DNA of 16,745 nt from Candidatus Thorarchaeota archaeon (GTDB taxonomy: Archaea > Asgardarchaeota > Thorarchaeia > Thorarchaeales > Thorarchaeaceae): assembly GCA_048882385.1 (NCBI GenBank), contig JBHLRQ010000071.1, positions 1 to 16,745 of the forward strand, in the 5' to 3' direction. A program made the position numbers and the translations under genes. Below are positions 6,534 through 15,500 of the stretch, piece by piece. The first letter of the stretch is position 1. The number at the start of each line of letters is the position of its first letter. The notes under the pieces are model-generated. The model did no database searches. It was not told the DNA's origin and saw nothing but the letters and a program-made list of their open reading frames with translations.

Positions 6534-9500
6534 TCCTTCTAGACTCTTAACAAGCTCATCAACCAGTTCTCTGGGCAGTTCCTTCGCCTGTTCAATGATA
6601 GTATCGATTTCATACGGAGGTACACCCTTCTGCTGAAGTTCCTTTCGAAGTTCCTCGATTTCATGCACACTCATTCTTTCAGATTTGGTGTCTTTGACTT
6701 CCTCAAAGACCTCCTCTTCAGGTTCCTCCTCTTCTTCAGGTATGACTGCTTCTTTCTCTTCTTCTTCTTCAAGGAACACAGTTTCTAGTGAATCTTTTTC
6801 TATATGATCTATGGGTTTGACTTCCTCCTCAGCACCAAGTCGTCGAAGAGCTTCAGTTTCGATAGCAGCGAGGGTTTCTTCGATGGTTTTACCCTCGCGA
6901 CGAGCAGCACGAATGGCTTCCTGCATAATGACTTCTTTCACGAAAGCTGCTTGCTCACTCATTTTCATCTTGACAATATCAGCTTGGAACTCATCAAGTT
7001 CTGCAGGACTCAGATTGGTGAGGATGGCAAGTTGCATCAAGAGTTCACCCATCTCTGGTACTTCAATTGGTATGGCTTCCTCAGGCATCTGGGTTGCTGT
7101 ACGAGTGATTTTCAACTTCTCATATGTATCATTGAATAGTTCAGCCACAAGTTGCTGTCTACTCTTGACATCACTGACTGGTTTGGGCACCTTGCCCTTT
7201 CTTAGTGTCTTAATCTGACCATTGATTTGACGGATTCTCTTTGGAACACTCCAGACTCTTACGTACAAACCAAGCAATGTTATGATTATAAAAGCAGTCG
7301 GCAATCCAAATGTGTAAATCTGTTCAAATAGTATGTCAAAATCATTTGGTTCTGTACTGATTCTGAAATTAAGCTCAACATCATCATGAAATTCCCTACT
7401 CATAGTTATTTGCATTATTGCAGGATTATCGCTGTATCCTACAGCCAGAATCACTACACGGTAGTATCCGCCACCAAGAGATGCATTGTCATAAATATTT
7501 GCAGTTGCTCCTTGAGTGATTGTGAATATGAACCCTTCACCACCGGAATTATGCCAAGTGTCATTAACAAAAAAGTCGAATGTAATTTCGTTTCCGTTTA
7601 TTATAGTGTATTCGATATTTACCTCGGGATCATATGATTCTCCATTTATCAGAATTTCAGTAGGTGTAGAAATTATTCGGATTCTGATCTCGATTGCTTG
7701 AAAAGATCGATGTTCATCAAATATTTCGATTGTAAATCGGAAGTACTGGTTTTCGAGAATCACTGGTCCTCCATATTCAAATCCGTAGAGCGACAAGTCA
7801 TTTGTATCAAATGTGAAATTATAGAAGCCAGAACCAGTCCTGAACAGAATTGCCTTTGCACCTGAGAAATATGAAGGAGCACGTAGTTCCGTGAATTCGG
7901 TGAAGTTGGCATTAATTATTCCTCCTGATAGTCCTCCAACAGGACTCATGTCATTGTAAAACAGCGAAATATCAATGGAATCATACATAGTTAGTTCCAG
8001 AATTATAGCACCAGCTTCGGTGGAAACATAGTTTTGTTGTGGATATTCAATTATCAATTCAGTAGGTCTCTCTATAACATTGATGAAGAAGCTGAATGTG
8101 CGTTCTTCATAGTTTGCTAGTATAAAGGACGTAGTAATTTTCTCTCGGATGCCTGAATCCAGAATCGTTGTGTCGATGTACAATACATACGTTCCATTTC
8201 CGAGGTCTGAAGCGTTAAAGTCAAGGTTGCCATAGTTGTATGTAACTTCTGCTCCGGATACAGTCCTGAGATTATAGTCATCAATGAAATCTAGTGGTAT
8301 GAATCCAGTGTATCCCCAAACCATCTCCTGTGTTTCTGTTGGACCATCAATACTTGTAGGTATCTTCTTGACTGTAAGTGTGATACTCGTGATTGTTGAA
8401 GCAAGAGTTGTATTAGTTGGCTCCGCACGGAAGCTGACTCCAATTGTCCCAAATCCGATAGAAGAAGTATTGAATGTGAGTGTCCATAGACCACTTCCCA
8501 GTGAAGTAAAGTTGTAGTATATTCCTCGCGTAATATCAATCCAAGACACTTCTCCATCATTGATTTCCATAAAGAATGCAGCTGTACTTGATGTTGTGAA
8601 ATTAAGCTGCAATGTGACATTTTGCAGATAGTAGACTTCGATATTTGTAGTTCCTCCAAGAACAGCCAATTGGGTAGCTGTTTGTTCTACAAATATCTTG
8701 AACTGATCAATAGCGGGGTCGTAGTTTCGAAAACTGGCAAATATTTGAATATTGTATGATTGCAATGCTTCAAGAATAGTGGCAGTCCCTGGTATTGTAA
8801 CATTCCACTGAAATGTGAATGAGCTGTAGTTCATGTAGTATTTGGTCCCATTCAATTCTGCATAGACTTGTAAAGTTCCTGATACGTTTCGCACCTGCGA
8901 ATCGTCTATTATACTCCCACTTCCGACCTCACGAAGTTCAATCGCAATATCAAGAGGATCACCCCTATTGACTTGAGCCACAATATCCGTAGGCTCGATG
9001 ATTACAACCTCGCTTGGGATTGTCATCACTATCAGTGTGATAGTTGCGATGGCATCCGTGTATTTGTCTTTACTAGCAGTTATTGTAACGACAAAAGTTC
9101 CGGCACCAAGAGGTGTAGTGTCAATAGAATCAGTGTATGTTCCAGTAGATCCAATTTCTGACAAAGTTCCAATAAATACATCATTCAAAATGGACCATGT
9201 AATACTATCCGCATTTGGTATTGTAATTCCATTTAGAAGATCGTTGTAATTCAGCACTATATCTGTTGAATTCTTCCAGTAAAGACTAATTGAGGTGTCT
9301 CCAAGAGGAACTTCTAATTCTGTATTTATTGGAATCAAAGTGAATTGTGGTGTGACTTGAACAGAAGCATACGGTGTGCCAGCAGAAATAATTCTCAATG
9401 TATATGTCCCAAGAGTTGGTAAGTCTGAAGTCGTGAAGCTGATATTGTATTTTCCAGATGTGATATATTCGAAAACATTCAAGTTTTGAGGACGAACTCC

Positions 9501-12500
9501 ATTGAAGACATAGGTAATACTATAATTAAGAATACCTTCTCGACCAGTGATAGGCGTTCCATGGTCCAAATCAGTCAATGTTATGTTCAATGAAACAGTA
9601 TCAGTATATTCAACTCCCGAGGAGGGTGCAATTGCATCAACTGAAAGAGAAGTTCTTATAAGATCAACAAGTCCGGTCAAAGTGACAGTTGAGCGATTGG
9701 TATAGAAAGGCACCAATGTGGGGTCCCATTGTACTGCAATGTCAAAGTAGAAGGTTCCTGTTCCTGTGAGTTTTGTCGTGTAGACGTGGAAATTGTAAAC
9801 ACCTCCACTTCCAGATGTATAGTAGTCGGAGACCAGGACCAGATTATGGTCTTGGCAACTGAATTGAATGATTGCACCAGTGATTGGAACTCCACTGTCA
9901 ATATCAGTCACAGTGATTGAGATATTCAGGATGTCACCTTTTGGAGTTCGTTCAATCTGGTCAGTTTCAACCAACATTGTTCGCCTTGTTATTGTGACCT
10001 TAACAGTAGTTGAGTCATCAACATAGTATGGAATAGATGCTGCATTCCAGTCAACTTTAACAATTATGGAAAGACCGCTTATGGGTGCTGCAGACAAATC
10101 AGAGGATGCAATTGTGAGTTCAAAGGATGAACCTGTTGGGGTGACTGTATATAGTAGCGGATTAATCTCTGTCATGTTGCTCCAGTAAAGGTGGATATTG
10201 GTTCCAGTTATCGATGTGATGGGCACAGATGCATCCAAGTCTATGTATTGGAAAGTAAAAGTCACATCGTCAAGATAGAGTGTCTGTGCGGGTGGTATTG
10301 TGATATCGATATTTGTTTCTCTCTCTCTAACTGAAACTGTCACAACTCGAGTCCTATTATTGTGATAAGGAGCTCCGGACCAGTTGGCGTGAACTGATAG
10401 AGGATAAGATGATGGACTTCCTAGGGCTGAAGTATCAACCATGAGTGTATAGAATCCTGCAGCACCGGGGGTCACTGTATAATCAGAGATTGGAGTCAGA
10501 GATGGAATTGTAATGGTAGCACCAGCTATTCCAGCACCTCCAGCATCAACATCACCAAAGAAGACAGCGAATATCGCATTCTCACCATAGGGAGTCGTCT
10601 CAGGTTCTGTAGTTAGACTCAACGAAGATACTCGATTTCTCAGCTGGAATGAAACTATCAACTCATCAGAAGAGAAGAATGGTGCCTGGTACGTATAGCT
10701 CATTCTGAGAGTCAGATAATATGTAATTCCAGTTTCCAATCCTAGATTATATGTTTCAACCTCGAGGAGATAGTTTCCAAAACCAGCCTGCCAATTCACA
10801 GTGAAGTACCAAGGACCAGAGCCAGGACCACTTAGAATCTCCAGCGTAACTTCTGCAGAGTCATTTGCTATGATTCCAGTGGTGAACAGGTCTTGGTAGT
10901 AGAGTAACGCGGAAATCGAAGAGTTATAGGGAACTGTAGATATTGGTTCACTAGCAAGGAGCGCGAGGCGTTCTCGAACATTAAAAGTCCTGGTTGTGAA
11001 AGCATCGGATATTCCAGTAGAGCCAATAGATATACCGACACGCAGACTGTAGTCGCCAGGTGTTGCGGCGAATGTTGTGTTTAGAGTGATTCGATAGATC
11101 CCCAGTGTTGGGTATTCAAATAGACTGTATTTTCCAATATCAATAGGTGTTACACCTTGGTAAAGTGTTACAGTTGCACCTGTGATTGGATCCGATGCTC
11201 CTCCAGTTATATCAGTCCAAGTGACATTGAAGATGACCTCATCGAGATACTGAGTTGGAGCAGGTGCAAGATACTCTAGGAATGTCACCCTATTGCTGAT
11301 AGTTAAGTAGACTATCCTTCCTGTACGATTGGAATAGAACGGTACTCCATCCCATGTCACACTAAGTTGAATCACGTGAAGCCCAACATCTCCGAACTGT
11401 GTAGTATCGAAAGTGATGGTATATGTTCCTCCAACCTCAACATATCCAAATGTGATATTGGATGTGATGCTGAGTTTCGGATCGTCAAATATGTAAGAAC
11501 TCGACCCTCCTGTAGTATCTTCGAAAGTGAATGTGAATGACCCTTGTTCTCCATAGCTTGTTGGAGAAGGAGGAGTTATCGATAGTAGAGTATCTCTGGG
11601 TAAGACTCGTACTGAGATGACATCAGTTCTGTTTGAATAGAATGGAGATACCCCCTTTGACCAATTCACAAAGACATTCATGTAGATAAGTCCGGTCCGA
11701 CTAAAGATATTTGTATCAAAGGATATGGAGTAGTTGCCAGGTTCTGTGGATGAGAGGTCAGTGATGGTGATATCAGCAGGATTGATGGATTCTCCTTGGA
11801 ACATCACATAGATGAAGACATTCGATCCTCCAGTTATGTTATCGATACCGATTCCACTGAACAAATCACTATAGAAGAAGATGTAGCCCATGTTCTCATC
11901 ATATGGTGTTGGCTCTGACCCTACTAGAAGTGTAAGGGCGGAGTCTCTTCCAACAACATTTGCTGTCGTTACAAAAGACTTGTCTTGATACTTTGGTACA
12001 GCTCCAGTCCAGTCTGCATAAACAGTAAATGTCTGTAATCCCAATCCAAACTGTGAAGCTGATACTTGGATGATGTAGTATCCAGGAAGAATATCATAAC
12101 CATAGCTCGAGATGACAACTCCAGTTGTATTCTCAACCCAGAAATCAACATCAGGTGACTGTATTCCAACAGTACTGTCAAGGTCACCATAATAGACTGA
12201 AATATTGAATATACCAATCGTGCTTGTTGGTTCAATTGAGCTTACAATTCTGAAATCAGTGTTATGAGTTCGTATTGAAATAGTGATATTGAAAGTTGCA
12301 GCTTGATAGTTGACACCTTTTGAGAATGTGAAGTATTTAACTTGGTTTTGAAATGTTCCATCAGAGTCTGAAGTATGGAATGTAATCTTATACCTCTGTG
12401 TTCCAGGTTCATATACTACGGAGAAGTTACCCCAGTTTGATATGACCTGCGTAAATGGACTAGTGAGGTTGTCTATAGCAACAAGTCGGTCAATATCTGT

Positions 12501-15500
12501 ATAATCAACATAGAAGAAGGGCGAATTACCAATCGGAATGTCCAGTGAACCAACGGATGGAACAATAGAAGTGAAAGCAGCACGGATTACAACTCTGAAT
12601 TGCAGCGTTTTGGCATCAAATCCAGATTTATCAGCTGTAAGATCAATAGTATGGGTACCAAGAGCCAGGGATGACACATCAATCCAAACCTCATAGAGTC
12701 CGCCTCCAATATCTGTCCAATTACCAGTTCCAGGGGGTCCTATCCAAGTCGGATGGTCGGGGGATGAGATTGTAGCACCATCAATACCAGTTCCAAAATC
12801 AGCATCAGTATAGTTGAGCAAAATCTTGACATTAAGCTGATATGGTGTTGTGACTTGCGGATAGTTTGGTGATGTCAAGTAACTAACAATCTCACGGTAC
12901 TCAAATTGAATCACTAGGAATGTGTTTGCAAACCTATTGTCAGCTGATGTGAAATAGACAGTTATCTGATAGATTCCACCACTGAATGCAGATTGATCAA
13001 TTGTGAGCTGATATCTTCCAATTGCTTGTTCCGAAGTATCAATGGCAATCGTATACCCAGGAACTGAAAACTCGCCAGCGAGTCGACCTGTGACTGGATC
13101 GCCAAAGTAGGGTCCTTGCTCGCTTGTATTTAGTCGGAGGTAGACCTGAAAGTCAGTACCTATGGGGAAGTTTAGTGTAGATGGATCATGATACATGAGA
13201 GTGGTCATTCTTCTTATTGTGACAGTGAACTGATAGTTTGTTGGAGCGCTATAGATCGTTCCACTCATTGTAACAACTACTGTTACCGTCCATGTACCAA
13301 CACCCCAATTACTCGTGTCCAATGTGATACTATAACTGCTGAAATCGGTGAAGGTTGGAGCTGGGGCATATTGTAGTCTGATATTTGATACAGAACCAAT
13401 CGGAACAGTACCACCAGTATCCAAATCAGTCAGACTAATTGTGAGCGGAGTCTGATTACCATAAGGTTGTGTTGTGACTCCAGTTACACTCAGTGAAGTT
13501 CGATGAGCACGAATTGTCACATCAAAAGTGTATGGTAGTGGAATTCCAATATCAGTGTTTGACATAGTCACAGTCAGCGTTACTGAAACAGTTCCTACAG
13601 ACCATGAATTTGTATCTAGAGTCATGTCGAAGCTGAATAACGAGCTTAGAATTTGTTGACCATAACTGGACGTGAAATTGAAGTTGTCAACATCACCGAT
13701 TAACACCGATGTTCCTGTGTCCAAGTCAAGTAGGAAGACAGTGAGAGGTGTATCCTGACCATAGGGAGTGGCAAGGTCACCAGAAACAGTTACTGCAGTA
13801 TAGTGGCTCCGTAGAGTAAATGTCACACTTACACTTGCCATATAGACATAAGACCCAGCTTTTGTGGCATTGAAGATGTATGGATGATTACCCAAGCTTA
13901 GCGCTCCAGTCGGAATTGAAATGTCATATGTCCCGTCGGTATTGTCGATAAAAGCCACTCCAGAACCATCAAGCGTTATTGTGGCTCCGACTATAGGTGC
14001 ACCGGAATATGTGTCAGTGAATGTGAGTGTGGCTGTGAAGTCGTATCCTGCAGGAGTTGTTGTGACACCATCAGCATCTAACTCTGTTGTATGATAGAGG
14101 TCCAGAGTAAAGGAGTCGGTATCATTGTTGTAGAATTGATGATATGATTCGACATCAAATCTCCATTGTTTCGCGTCTCCCAAATCGGATGTTTCAAGGA
14201 CTTTCCCATACATTCCATTACCATAATCATCGAAGGTGATTGTTGAAGGACTTGTCCAGTTCATCGTCACTATTGCACCTGAAACACCTTGGGTGGTTAT
14301 GGTGTCTGTAAGCTGATACTCTACAATCAGTGAGTCTCCAGCTGTCTTAATGGAAACTGTGGGTTTTTGCTTTGACAGAGCTGTTGGGTGTCGAACAATG
14401 AATGTCTTTTCAAAAAGACCTGTTTTGTCTGTGACCGTGGCGCCAGTATCATTGTAGTATGCTTCTGCAGTCCAGACACCTGCTGGTGCTGAGGAATCAA
14501 TTGTCTTTGTGATAGTGTGTTCAGGAGATGTTCTTTGTTGTTCAGGTAAACGTCTCCCAAAAGTATTCGGACCTGACAATGCACTGATAAGATTACGATA
14601 CTCATTCTGCAACCAACCGGTTGTCCTCACAGTACTGCTCACTCGAAATTCATCGAGTTGACCACTAAACCAGCTTGTAAATGAACCGCTAGTTTCCCAG
14701 TTGCCACCTCCAAGTCGCCATTCCTCAGTATAAGACATGTTTGCTTGCGTGGGACTGCCAACCTGACCAGCATTTGTGTCCCAAGCTGCATTCACCCAGA
14801 TTGCGTTATTTGAGGGATTATCCTCATCCGCATAGCATCCAATGAAGTACCAACCGGGATTCCATGTAGTTCTTTGTGTCCATTTGTAAATCGGACTGTT
14901 CGGTGAACTCTCAACCTTGAAGACAAGCGATCCGTTTGGCACAGTTCCTTGTCCATAGTCCTGTCCAACGAGGGCTATAACCATGTCATGGTCAATGTCA
15001 ATATACTTCTCCATGATGACTTGTGTGTTGGGTGATAGATCATTATGAGTCGTTGAGATTCTGAACCAGCCTGTAATGAAGACATCTCCATCAGGAGTCA
15101 ATTGATTGGAAATTGAGATATAGTCATCAATACCATCAAAGTCCTGAGCATAACCTGCTCGACCAGATAGATATTCAACATTTCCATTCTGAACACCATT
15201 GTATCCATTGCCCGTTGAATCTGCATGGATTGCTCCTGATGCTTCATTCACAACATCTTCTCCAAGATGCCAAACAGCATCAAAGTCAGAAGACCATACT
15301 CCCATTGGATTCTCTAAGTTGTCAACTACTGGACTTCCATAGTACATCGAGATTGTCTTGTCTAAGGAGGAGGTGATATTCATCTTGACCCATGCCACTA
15401 ACTTCGCTTCCGAAAATGTATAGTCCTGATTGAAATACTCAATTTCATGGTCTAATATTATATCTCCATCAGCAAACAGAATGTCCGAACCATCTGCTCG

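Noticed and set aside
6700-6775. TCT/TCC trinucleotide runs as a phase-variable microsatellite
   Set aside because: They are short, imperfect, in-frame Glu codons (mixed GAA/GAG) of the acidic linker; slippage would not shift the frame.
8958-8966. RGD tripeptide in A (VNRGDPL)
   Set aside because: A single occurrence in about 3400 aa is expected by chance. It sits at the position of the module's generic PYG/KGD turn.
14520-14595. Divergent LamG exit in A (LISALSGPNTFGRRLPE vs FYSVGxE in the other two copies) as a possible compensated frameshift
   Set aside because: P..F.....E spacing is preserved relative to PSGFYSVGTE, so ordinary divergence with a small insertion explains it.
6804-15376. 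Short ORFs overlapping gene A, including 6811..7218+ (135 aa)
   Set aside because: They are antisense or alternate-frame by-products. The Ser-rich 6811 ORF is simply the complement of Glu-rich codons.
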